Of a DNA stretch of 64,000 nt, positions 29,212 through 38,577 are shown piece by piece. The notes below the pieces were generated by a model. It was not told where the DNA came from and searched no databases. It saw nothing but the letters and a program-made list of their open reading frames with translations. A program made the translations under genes and the position numbers. Numbering within the stretch: the stretch's first letter is position 1; every line of letters begins with the position of its first letter. Origin of the DNA: Dehalococcoidia bacterium (lineage in GTDB: Bacteria; Chloroflexota; Dehalococcoidia; Bin125); contig OY820591.1 of assembly GCA_963555985.3 (NCBI GenBank), positions 128,001 to 192,000 on the forward strand, written 5' to 3'.

Positions 29212-30213
29212 GTGCCCCCGATCCTCAGCATCTCCGACCTCAGCATCGAGTACCGCACCCGCGAGGGTCCGGTCCGCGCCGTGCGCAACGCCTCCCTCGA
29301 ACTCGAACGCGGACAGATCGTCGCCCTCGTCGGCGAGAGCGGCTCCGGCAAAACCACGCTCGGACTCAGCATCCTCCGCATCCTGCCCCGCAACGCTGCC
29401 GTCACCAGCGGCGAAATCCACTACCAACGCCAGAACATCGCCGAACTGAGCCGCGAGGAATTGCAGCGCATTCGCGGCGACCAGATCTCAATGATCTTCC
29501 AGGACCCGATCGCCGGCCTGAACCCAATTATCTCGGTCGGTCAACAAGTCGAAGAAGTAATCACCTCGCACCGCCCCGTCGATAAGAAGGAAGCCCGCGC
29601 CCGCGCCCTCGATGCGCTCGCCGCCATGCAACTGCCCGACCCCAAGCGAATCGCCAAAGCCTACCCCGGCGAACTCTCCGGCGGCATGTGCCAGCGCATC
29701 ATGATCGCCATCGCCACCGCCCTCGATCCGCAGGTTTTGATCGCCGACGAACCCACCGCCTCACTCGACGTCACCGTCCAGGCCCAGATCCTCTACGAAC
29801 TCGAGCGCCTGCGCGACGAGCGCGGCACCGCAATCCTGCTGATTACGCACGACATGGGCGTCGTCGCCCAGATCGCCGAGCGCGTCGCCATCATCTACGC
29901 CGGGCGGATGATGGAGATCGACGAGATCATCCCGCTCTACCGCGAGCCGCGCCATCCCTACACCTGGGCCCTGCTCGACACCCTGCCCCGGCTCGACCGC
30001 CGCCGCCGCTCACGCCTCACTCAAATCCCCGGCACACTCCCCGACCTCGCCGACACCGAAATCGGCGAGCACTGCGCCTATCTCGCCCGCTGCCCCAAAG
30101 CTCTCACCCAGTGCCGCACCGATCCCGAACCCGAACTGACCCACGTCCCCGGCGGACGCATTGGTCAACGGCTCGCCTGCTACAACCCGGTCGAAGTGGT
30201 CAACGCCGTCTAG
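29212..30213 (+). CDS. Oligopeptide/dipeptide ABC ATP-binding protein (DppD/OppD-like)
   Basis: [22 protein letters not shown]-terminal Cys cluster. Confidence 0.93.
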   Translation: MPPILSISDLSIEYRTREGPVRAVRNASLELERGQIVALVGESGSGKTTLGLSILRILPRNAAVTSGEIHYQRQNIAELSREELQRIRGDQISMIFQDPIAGLNPIISVGQQVEEVITSHRPVDKKEARARALDALAAMQLPDPKRIAKAYPGELSGGMCQRIMIAIATALDPQVLIADEPTASLDVTVQAQILYELERLRDERGTAILLITHDMGVVAQIAERVAIIYAGRMMEIDEIIPLYREPRHPYTWALLDTLPRLDRRRRSRLTQIPGTLPDLADTEIGEHCAYLARCPKALTQCRTDPEPELTHVPGGRIGQRLACYNPVEVVNAV

Positions 30214-31207
30214 ACCGTCCGCCGCTCGCCCCCGCCAGTTCCGCCACCAACAATTCCACCGCCACATTCTCCGGCAACCCGCCCTCTCCCCGGCGGTAGT
30301 CGATGATCGCCGTCTCCGCCTCCAAAATTCTCGCCAGCGCCCCATCCGCCGACGCCTGCGTATACGCCTGCGCCTGCCGGCGCATTCGCCGCGCCAGCCA
30401 CTCGAAGTTCGTCTTCAGCGCCGCCTGAATCTCCTGGTCTCGCCCGCCCGAATCCAGCACTTCGCGCGTAACAATGATCTGCCGGTACTGCCGCGCCAGC
30501 ATCTGCATAATCCGCTGCTCCGATTCGCCCTCCGCCCGTACCCCCTCCAACGCCTGCATCGCCGTCGCCAGCCGACCCTCCGCCACCGCGTCGACCAGAT
30601 TGAAGATCGTGACCGAGCGCATCGCCGGCGTCATCGTCTCCACCAGCGCCTCGTCAATCTGAGCATCGCCCGCATACAACGCCAACTTCTCCAACGCCTG
30701 CGTCAGCCCTCCCCGATCACCCCCGGTCCGATCCACCAACATCCGCGCCGCGTTCATGCTCAGATGCAACCCTCGAGTTCGCACTTCCCCCCGCAGCCAC
30801 TCCAACGCCTGCTCAGGCTTCAGCCGCGCAAACTCCTGCACCTCCACATACGGCTCAATCAGCTGCCGCAGCGGATTATTCCGCCGCAACCGATCATCCA
30901 CGAACACCAACACCGTCGAAGCCGGAATCCCTTGCAACAGATCGTCAAGCTGCGCCCATTCCCCAATCCCCCGCCGTCCGCCCTGCTCAAACCGCCCCAA
31001 CAACCCATCTACTCGAACCCAGCGGATATCCCCCAAAAACGGAGCCGCCGAAGCCGCCCCCGCAAGCTCCCCAAGCGTCACCCGCTGCCCCTCAAACGAG
31101 ACCGAGTTGTTGCCCAGCGAACCGTCTGAGTCAAGCGAAGCCCGAAGCTGAGCCACCGCCTCAAGCCGAGCAAAACGATCCTCGCCAAAAATCAGATAAG
31201 CCGGCAT
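30200..31207 (-). CDS. holA: DNA polymerase III delta subunit
   Basis: YLIFGED, APFLG, LEKLALY, IFNLVDAV, LARQYR. Confidence 0.85.
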   Translation of the reverse strand: MPAYLIFGEDRFARLEAVAQLRASLDSDGSLGNNSVSFEGQRVTLGELAGAASAAPFLGDIRWVRVDGLLGRFEQGGRRGIGEWAQLDDLLQGIPASTVLVFVDDRLRRNNPLRQLIEPYVEVQEFARLKPEQALEWLRGEVRTRGLHLSMNAARMLVDRTGGDRGGLTQALEKLALYAGDAQIDEALVETMTPAMRSVTIFNLVDAVAEGRLATAMQALEGVRAEGESEQRIMQMLARQYRQIIVTREVLDSGGRDQEIQAALKTNFEWLARRMRRQAQAYTQASADGALARILEAETAIIDYRRGEGGLPENVAVELLVAELAGASGGRSRRR

Positions 31208-31262
31208 CCCCTCCACTCTAAACAGACCAACCCCCCAACAGAAAGCTCACCCCAAAAGAGCT

Positions 31263-31462
31263 CCGTCATACCCGCGCTCCGCCGCGGGTATCTCGCCGTG
31301 ACCAGCCCCCAACCCTCATCCCACCTCCCCAAAATCTCCCCCTTGAGGGGGAGATGCCCCGTAGGGGCAGAGGGGGTGAAACGCCACACCCAGCACAGAC
31401 GCCCTGCACCTCCCTCCCCGCCCCCACTTCCGTCATACCCGCGCTCCGTCGCGGGTATCTCG
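31263..31462. repeat. Repeat cluster: two GTCAT palindromes flanking a CCCCC-type palindrome
   Basis: CCGTCATACCCGCGCTCCGYCGCGGGTATCTCGCCGTGACCAGC x2; ATCTCCCCCTTGAGGGGGAGATG. Confidence 0.85.
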
Positions 31463-31581
31463 CCGTGACCAGCACCCAACCTTCCGACAACCGCAACACA
31501 CCATCGGTTTGCAACCCGAACATCAGAACATATAAACTCACCTATCCAAAACACAGGTTCCCAAGAAAGGAACACCCCACC

Positions 31582-31950
31582 ATGCCCTTCGACTACACCT
31601 ACCAGTCCAGCATGACCGGCGTCGGCCAACTCGCCCACTCCAACGAAGCCGGCCACGTCCGCATCAAAGCGCTCGCCCTCCTCATCCGCGAACTCTCCCC
31701 CTCCAACTCCAAGAGCCGCGAGATCCACCACGCGCTCGACATCCCACCACATCCCGAACCCGCGCCCAAACCCCGAGCCAACCACTCTCCCCGCCTGCCC
31801 GAAGCTCCGCTCACTCCCGAGCAGAAGAAGGACTTCCACCTCCACCCGATGTTCGAGATCTACGACGAAGTCGTCGCCTTCATGCGCGGCGAAGACGTGC
31901 CCCTGCTGGACGACGACGACAGCCTCGAAGAAGAGGAAGAGCCGCAGTAA
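31582..31950 (+). CDS. Hypothetical protein with acidic tail
   Basis: AAGGA RBS and coding-like codon usage. Confidence 0.55.
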   Translation: MPFDYTYQSSMTGVGQLAHSNEAGHVRIKALALLIRELSPSNSKSREIHHALDIPPHPEPAPKPRANHSPRLPEAPLTPEQKKDFHLHPMFEIYDEVVAFMRGEDVPLLDDDDSLEEEEEPQ

Positions 31951-32135
31951 TCCCCCGACCGCAAGCGGCAAACCCAACCTCGTTTTTTTCTCACAGCCCC
32001 CGCGAGGCCGCGAACCGCGACCGCCCAGTCCCTACCGTGCCCTGCGTTACACACGCTCCCCCCGTTCACACGACCGCCGCCTGCGTAAACCGGTATGCAA
32101 CAGCTGCGGACAAGCCGGACGCCGAGGAGACTCGC

Positions 32136-33764
32136 ATGGCCGTCAACAAGATCGAAGTCATCAAGTCCGCCAAAGACGGACTCGACGTCCTCCCCGACTT
32201 GCACCGCTACGCCGCGCTCGCCGCCGCCGGCCAAGACCACCAAATCCCCGCCGACGACTTCGAGCGGCTCAAGTGGTACGGCCTCTTCCACCGCAAGCGC
32301 ACCCCGGGCTACTTCATGCTCCGCATGAGAATCCCCAACGGCGTCCTCAACTCCGAACAGATCCAAGCCGTCGCCGAAATCTCCGAGACCGCCGGGCGCG
32401 CTACCGCCGATATCACCACCCGCATGAACATCCAGCTCCGCTGGATCACCATCGCCGACGCCCCTTGGGTCTTGCAGCGCCTGGCCGCTGCCGGACTCAA
32501 CACCCAACAGTCCGGCATGGACAACGTGCGCAACCTGGTCGGCTGTCCCCTCTCCGGCCTCACCGCCGACGAGCTGATCGACACCCGCCGCCTGACCGTC
32601 CGAATGCAGCAAGCCATCGTGGGCGGCAAGCGCTTCTCCAACCTCCCCCGCAAGTTCAATCTCTCCATCACCGGCTGCCGCGACGACTGCTCGCACGCCC
32701 AGACCCACGATCTCTCCTTCACCCCCGCCGTCAAACACAGCGCCGAGGGCGAGACCATCGGCTTCAACGTGCTCGTCGGCGGCGCGCTGGGCGGGATGCA
32801 GCCCGAACTCGCCCGCCCGCTCGATGTCTTCGTGCCCGAGCGCGATGTAGTCGAGTTGGGTACGACCATCCTTGCCGTCTACCGCGACCACGGCCTGCGC
32901 GAGAAGCGCAAAGAGTCGCGCCTCAAGTGGCTGCTGCGCGCCTGGGGCATCGAGAAGTTCCGCGCCGCCGTCGAAGAACGCTTCGGACGCCCGCTCGAAC
33001 GCGCCGGCAAGTCGCTCTCGATTCGGCACGGCGGCGACCACATCGGTGTCACCAAACAAGCCGACCCCGGCTTGCGAGTCGTCGGCTGCCACGTCCCCGT
33101 CGGACGAGTCACCTCGGACGACCTCTACGAGTTCGGCCGCCTCGCGCGCGAATACGGCAACGCCGAACTCCGCCTCACCGTCCAGCAAAACCTGCTGATC
33201 CCCAATATCCCCGCCGAACGCCTGCAAGCGCTCCGAGCCGAGCCGCTGCTGGAGAAATACAGCCCGTCCCCCTCAGCCTGGTCGCGCGCCATGGTCACCT
33301 GCACTGGCAACGACTACTGCCACTTCTCCCTCATCGACACCAAGGGCGAAGCGCTCAAGCTCGCCGCCGCCCTCGAACAGCGCTACGAGGTCGCCGATCA
33401 CACCCCAATCCGCATCCAAATGTCCGGTTGCCCCCACGCCTGCGGACAGCACCGCGCCGGAGAGATCGGCCTACTCGGACACAAAGTGCGAGTCGGTGGC
33501 CAGGTCATGGACGGCATTGACATCTTCACCGGCGGAAAGCTCGGCGCCGACGCCCAACTCGGCGAGCTCGCCGACAAGGGCATCCTGATCGACGATCTCC
33601 CCGAAGCCGTCGCCGCCCAAGTCCGAACCCTGCGCGGTCAATCCGCTCTCAAGCAGCTCCCATCTCCCCCCGCATCGCGGGGGGAGATGTCGCGTAGCAG
33701 CCTGCCCTCGGCTCGAACGGGGGACAGAGGGGGGTCCAACCGCCAACCCACCCTGAGAACCTAG
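32136..33764 (+). CDS. nirA: Ferredoxin-nitrite/sulfite reductase (siroheme)
   Basis: FMLRMRIPNG, NLPRKF, CTGNDYC...SGCPHAC; repeat-derived C-terminal tail. Confidence 0.85.
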   Translation: MAVNKIEVIKSAKDGLDVLPDLHRYAALAAAGQDHQIPADDFERLKWYGLFHRKRTPGYFMLRMRIPNGVLNSEQIQAVAEISETAGRATADITTRMNIQLRWITIADAPWVLQRLAAAGLNTQQSGMDNVRNLVGCPLSGLTADELIDTRRLTVRMQQAIVGGKRFSNLPRKFNLSITGCRDDCSHAQTHDLSFTPAVKHSAEGETIGFNVLVGGALGGMQPELARPLDVFVPERDVVELGTTILAVYRDHGLREKRKESRLKWLLRAWGIEKFRAAVEERFGRPLERAGKSLSIRHGGDHIGVTKQADPGLRVVGCHVPVGRVTSDDLYEFGRLAREYGNAELRLTVQQNLLIPNIPAERLQALRAEPLLEKYSPSPSAWSRAMVTCTGNDYCHFSLIDTKGEALKLAAALEQRYEVADHTPIRIQMSGCPHACGQHRAGEIGLLGHKVRVGGQVMDGIDIFTGGKLGADAQLGELADKGILIDDLPEAVAAQVRTLRGQSALKQLPSPPASRGEMSRSSLPSARTGDRGGSNRQPTLRT

Positions 33765-33867
33765 CCAACCATGGCCCGCCTCCCCTCCTCCGTCCGCGTT
33801 GACAGCTGCCTAGACTGCGCTCACCCCGCGATTCGCGCAGCCAGGCACATCCCCGAGGAGAGCCAAG

Positions 33868-35166
33868 ATGTTCATCGGCTACTTCACCGAACGGCCCTAT
33901 CAAGACCCCAACTCCGGCTACTTCGGAGCGACCGGACGCGACATCCAGGACCTCGGCATGAGCAACGACAGCTACGATCCCCGGATCGGCGCCGAGCTCT
34001 ACAACCGCTACTTCGACGAGAAGCTCTACGCCGAGGAGATGGGCTTCGACGGCCTCATGCTCAACGAGCATCACTCCACCCCCTTCTGCATGGGCGGCGT
34101 GATGAACGTCGAAGCCGCGATCCTTGCCCGCATCACCAAGCGCGCCAAGATCGTCCTGCTCGGCAACGTCCTCCCGATCTGGGACGACCCGCTCTGGTTG
34201 GCCGAGGAACTCGCCGAGATCGACATGATCTCGCGCGGCCGCCTGGTCAGCGGCTGGGTGCGCGGCACCGGCCGCGAATCCGTCGCCCACAACACCGCCT
34301 CGCCCTTCAACTGGGAGCGCTACCAGGAGGCCCACGACTTCATCGTCAAAGCCTGGACCACACCCGGCCCCTTCCGCTGGGAGGGCGAGCACTTCCAGTA
34401 CCGCTACGTCAATCCCTGGGCGCGCCCCTACTCCGATCCGCATCCGCCGATCTGGATCCCCGGTGTGATGAGCCGCAACACGGTCAAGTGGGCCGCCGAG
34501 CGCCGCTACCCCTACATCATGCTGGCAACGGAAATGGAGCCGACCAAGCTGTCATTCGCCTATTACCGGGACTGTGCGCGCGAAGCCGGTTACGAAGCCG
34601 GAACCCAGCACACCGGCTACGTGTTCAAGATTCACGTCGACGAAACCGAAGAACTTGCGGAAGCGACCGCGCGCAAATTCCTCCAGGGCCCGAGCAACCC
34701 CTTCCTCGAGGGCAACCAGGGCAAAGTCCGCCCCTTCCTCCAGTCGCTCCCTGGTCTGACCTCCCGCACCGAGGTGCTGCCGACATCCCAGATCCCGGCC
34801 CTCGCCGCTTCGCGCGGGCGGATCGAACTCGAACGAGCGCTCGAACAACGCAGGCAGGATGCGGGGGAGGAGCAGCCCAAGAAGAGCGACCCCTTCAAGG
34901 AACAAGTCGACAAACAGGCCATCATCCACGGCACGCCAACCACCGTCCTGCCCAAGATTCGCCACATACTGGAGGAAATCCGCCCCGGCTCAATCACCTT
35001 CTGGGACGGCGACGGCTCGATGGACCACGAAGACGCGATGCGCAGTCTGCGCCTGATGGGCGAGGAAGTCCTCCCCGCCGTCCGCGAGATGGGCGCCGAA
35101 CTCGCGCTCGACAGCCCCTTCGAGGTCGATCCGGCCAACAACGAGCGGATCACCGCAGCCGGCTGA
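33868..35166 (+). CDS. LLM flavin-dependent oxidoreductase
   Basis: GFDGLMLNEHH, AEELAEIDMISRGRL, PHPPIWIPG. Confidence 0.9.
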   Translation: MFIGYFTERPYQDPNSGYFGATGRDIQDLGMSNDSYDPRIGAELYNRYFDEKLYAEEMGFDGLMLNEHHSTPFCMGGVMNVEAAILARITKRAKIVLLGNVLPIWDDPLWLAEELAEIDMISRGRLVSGWVRGTGRESVAHNTASPFNWERYQEAHDFIVKAWTTPGPFRWEGEHFQYRYVNPWARPYSDPHPPIWIPGVMSRNTVKWAAERRYPYIMLATEMEPTKLSFAYYRDCAREAGYEAGTQHTGYVFKIHVDETEELAEATARKFLQGPSNPFLEGNQGKVRPFLQSLPGLTSRTEVLPTSQIPALAASRGRIELERALEQRRQDAGEEQPKKSDPFKEQVDKQAIIHGTPTTVLPKIRHILEEIRPGSITFWDGDGSMDHEDAMRSLRLMGEEVLPAVREMGAELALDSPFEVDPANNERITAAG

Positions 35167-35262
35167 GAACACGCGCCGATCGCGCCCTTCATCCGCTTCC
35201 CCAAGCGAGTCGAAGCAATCGAACGCCGGCGGATGCGCGAAGCATTGGGCGAGCTCCGCACC

Positions 35263-38200
35263 TCAGTCGCCGTGGCCGACGAGTTCGCGCACCTGCGCGA
35301 CTGCGCCCGCAAGATCCTCTACATCGCGTTCGGCGTTGGCGTGGAGGAAGAGGAAGCGGCAGGCGGACACCGGGCGGCCCAGCGACTGCTCCAGCGCCAG
35401 CGCGTAGGTTGCGCCCTGGAGTTGATAGCGCTCCAGCGCTGCGTCGACCGCCTCGCCGTCGCGCAAGGCATCGGTCTTGTAGTCAACCACCACGAGCTCG
35501 CCCTCGGCGGTCTCGTAGAGCAGGTCGATGAAGCCCTCCACCAAGACCTCACCGCCGTTACCGTCCGAGATTGGCGCGGCTACAAAGAGCTCGCGCCAGT
35601 AGCGATCCGAAGCGACGGCTTCGCGCACGCTGGCGCTGTCGAGCGCGACGCGGATCAGGCGGGCGACTTCGGCGGCGGCGCGGGGAGGCAGCCCTTCGGC
35701 GGCGCTCTGCGCATTCGCAGCAGCGAGAATCTCCGCTGGATCGGGTTGTTCGATCTGGATCGTCTGGAGCGCGGAGTGAACCGCGCGCCCGATGCTGGTG
35801 CCCGCCCGTCCTCTGCGCCAGGGCGGGAGGTCGTCGGGCGGTTCGTCCTTCTCAAGGTTGGGATCTTCGGCGCTGGCGCGCTTGGCGATGCTGGTGGCGG
35901 ACTGCACCGCGAAGCCGGCGTTGGCCTGGATCGCGGCCTGACGTTCGGCGAGCCAGCGGTCGCGGTCGTCGGCGGTCTCGGCGGGAGCAGGGGACTCCCC
36001 TCTGCCTTCGGCATCTCCCCCCGCACCGCGGGGGGGGAGAAACTGCGGTTCTCGCCCCAAGCGGCGGAAGAGGGGAGTGTCCGGATCGATTGGCAGCCGA
36101 TCCAGCTGCTCGGCGATGCGGTGTGCGTCGGACTTCTTGTCGTTGGCTCTGCGGTAGAGGCTGACCACCAGATGATCGCGAGCGCGGGTGGCGGCGACAT
36201 AGTTGAGCCGCACCCGTTCGGCCTGTTGCAGGGACTCTTCGCGCTCGTAGAGCGCAACGTATGCGGGCGTTTCGAGGCCGCCTCCGAAGTTCAACTGCGG
36301 TGCGCCGTCAGCGCTCCAGAGCAGCAGCGGACGCTCATTCCTCGGCGCCGCACTGAGACCGGCCAGCACGACCACCGGAAATTCCAGCCCCTTGGCCGCA
36401 TGGATTGTGAGGATGCGCACGGCGTCGCTATCCCGTTCGGGCACGACCGACTCGATTACGCGGGTGTCTTCGTCGGCCTGGCGCTGCGCCCATTCGAGGA
36501 ACTCGTGCAGTGTGCGTCCGCCGCGGTCGCAGAAGTCGCGGGCCTGATCGAGCAGGAAGCGCAGCCGCTGCCAACGGTCGCGCGGTCGCCGATCGACGAC
36601 AGCGAGTTCCAGCAGCCGGCGCTCGCGGATGACGTGTTCGACCAGGGCGCTGACCGACAGCCGCCACTGCGCGGCGGAGGCGTCGCGGAGCCAGCGCAGC
36701 GCATCGGCGACAGGGTGATCGTTGGCAATCCCGGCCGGAACGTCGGCGCGGTAGTCCCACTTGCCGCCTGCTTCGTGCCAGCGGAACAGCTCGGCGTCGG
36801 AGCAGGCGAAGGCGGGCGAGCGCAGCGATCCGACCAGCGCGAGCTCGTCGGTGGGATCGTCAATCGCGCGGAGGATGCCGAGCAGTCCGCGCACTTCCTC
36901 GGTGTGGTAGACGAGCGAGCGGCTCTCAAGTCGGTAGGGGATGTCTCGCTCTTCCAGTTCGGGCAGTAGTTGCGTCAAGCCGGTGCGAGTCGGGACGAGC
37001 ACGGCGATATCGGCGTAGTTCAGCGCTCGCCAGGCGCCGTCATCCTGATCGAGCACCTGCCACTCCGAGTCGCGCGCCTCGGCTATCAAAGCGGACAATG
37101 TCTCGGCCTCAGACTGGCGCACCAGCGGAGCGAGCGCTTCGAGTTCGTCGCCTACCACAGTCACGACAGGCTGCTGGCTGCCTTCCAGGGGCTCGCGGTC
37201 GGCGCGCAGGTCTTCCCAAGCGGCCTGTCCGCCGTTCTGATCGGCCTGCATCAGCGGCCCGAAGATCGCGTTGACGAACTCGGTGACGCCCGGCTGGGAG
37301 CGGAAGTTCTGGGTCAGATGCACACGCGAGTCGGCGTAGCGCACGCGCACGCGGTTGTACTGCTCGATATCGGCGCGGCGGAAGCGGTAGATCGACTGCT
37401 TCGGATCGCCGACGAAGAAGAGGCGTCCTTCCTCGCCTTGAGCAATCGCGTCTGCAATCTCGGTCTGGAGCGGATCGGTGTCCTGAAATTCGTCGATCAG
37501 CAGATAGCGGTAACGCTTGCGGACTTCGGCGGCGACATCGAGGTTTGCAGTCAGCAGATCGCGGCAGTGGACGAGCAGGTCTTGGAAGCCAAGCCGTCCA
37601 CGTCGTCGGCGTTCGTCGGCGTAGTCGAGCACGAACTGGCGAACGGCGTTGTAGATCGGTGCGATGCAGCTCAGCACCGCCTGGCGGCGGAGTTCCTCGC
37701 GGGCTTCGGCAAGCGCCGTCAACGATTCTCGAATGGCGAGGTGGGCGTCGTCGGGCCAATTTCGCTTCGCCCCCACGTTGCCCACCCGCATGGAGGTAGG
37801 CGTCGTGTGCTCTAGCAGCTTGGCTGCTCCGCCCGGATGCTGCGCTGCCTCGTCCAATTGCGTTGCAAACTCCTCCAATGCCGTCAGACGCTGATAGAGC
37901 TTGTCCGACTGATCGATGCACGCATCTCGCTGCTGAATGACCGAGCGCAGATCGGACACGAACGGGGTGAGATTGACGCTAGCTCCGGTCATCACTGACG
38001 ACTCGGACTCGGCCCGATCCCAGTCCTCATGCAGTTTGCGAGCGACGTTGCCGAGATGCGCCAGTGTGACGCCTGCGTCCAGCGCGTTGCGCAGCGGCAT
38101 GGCCAGCGCGGGGTCTTCGAGCAGCTCGTCAAGCCGGTCTCGCCAGCGTTCGGCGAACTCGATGCCCGACTCGGTGTCGTCGATGATCTCGAAGCCCGGC

Positions 38201-38577
38201 GGCAGCTTCGCCTCGATTGGGTAGAGCGAGAGGATGCGTCCGGCGAAGGCGTGGATGGTCTCGATCGCGGCGCGGTCGAGTTGGTCGAGCGCGTCGCGGC
38301 AGCGTTGTTGGCGCTCTAGATCGCGAGGCTGGTCGGATTCTGTTTCGAGGCGTTCGAGGATGCGGTCGCGGAGTTCGGCGGCGGCCTTTTCGGTGAAAGT
38401 GATCGCAGCGATCGCGGAAGGATCGGCGCGGCCCGAAGCGATCAGATTGACGATCCGCTCGACCAGTTGGCGCGTCTTGCCGGTGCCGGCGCCCGCTTCG
38501 ACGAAGAGAGTTTCGCCGAGCGCCTGCTCAATGCGGTCGCGGTCTGCCTGATCGGGAAGTGTTGGAGCGGCGCTCAC
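35263..38577 (-). CDS. addA: UvrD-like helicase with PD-(D/E)xK nuclease (AddA-like)
   Basis: AGAGTGKT, DEFQDT, GDPKQSIYRFR, TIHAAKGLEFP, YVAATRA, GFID..VDYKT. Confidence 0.85.
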   Translation of the reverse strand: MSAAPTLPDQADRDRIEQALGETLFVEAGAGTGKTRQLVERIVNLIASGRADPSAIAAITFTEKAAAELRDRILERLETESDQPRDLERQQRCRDALDQLDRAAIETIHAFAGRILSLYPIEAKLPPGFEIIDDTESGIEFAERWRDRLDELLEDPALAMPLRNALDAGVTLAHLGNVARKLHEDWDRAESESSVMTGASVNLTPFVSDLRSVIQQRDACIDQSDKLYQRLTALEEFATQLDEAAQHPGGAAKLLEHTTPTSMRVGNVGAKRNWPDDAHLAIRESLTALAEAREELRRQAVLSCIAPIYNAVRQFVLDYADERRRRGRLGFQDLLVHCRDLLTANLDVAAEVRKRYRYLLIDEFQDTDPLQTEIADAIAQGEEGRLFFVGDPKQSIYRFRRADIEQYNRVRVRYADSRVHLTQNFRSQPGVTEFVNAIFGPLMQADQNGGQAAWEDLRADREPLEGSQQPVVTVVGDELEALAPLVRQSEAETLSALIAEARDSEWQVLDQDDGAWRALNYADIAVLVPTRTGLTQLLPELEERDIPYRLESRSLVYHTEEVRGLLGILRAIDDPTDELALVGSLRSPAFACSDAELFRWHEAGGKWDYRADVPAGIANDHPVADALRWLRDASAAQWRLSVSALVEHVIRERRLLELAVVDRRPRDRWQRLRFLLDQARDFCDRGGRTLHEFLEWAQRQADEDTRVIESVVPERDSDAVRILTIHAAKGLEFPVVVLAGLSAAPRNERPLLLWSADGAPQLNFGGGLETPAYVALYEREESLQQAERVRLNYVAATRARDHLVVSLYRRANDKKSDAHRIAEQLDRLPIDPDTPLFRRLGREPQFLPPRGAGGDAEGRGESPAPAETADDRDRWLAERQAAIQANAGFAVQSATSIAKRASAEDPNLEKDEPPDDLPPWRRGRAGTSIGRAVHSALQTIQIEQPDPAEILAAANAQSAAEGLPPRAAAEVARLIRVALDSASVREAVASDRYWRELFVAAPISDGNGGEVLVEGFIDLLYETAEGELVVVDYKTDALRDGEAVDAALERYQLQGATYALALEQSLGRPVSACRFLFLHANAERDVEDLAGAVAQVRELVGHGD

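Noticed and set aside
31263-31462. CRISPR array
   Set aside because: Only two direct copies of a dispersed palindrome family, no regular spacers and no cas genes
31516-31540. SOS box upstream of the orphan ORF
   Set aside because: Only direct GAAC half-sites, no GTTC partner at canonical spacing
35233-36969. Long antisense ORFs (578 aa here and many similar)
   Set aside because: Shadow frames of high-GC genes with no recognisable motifs
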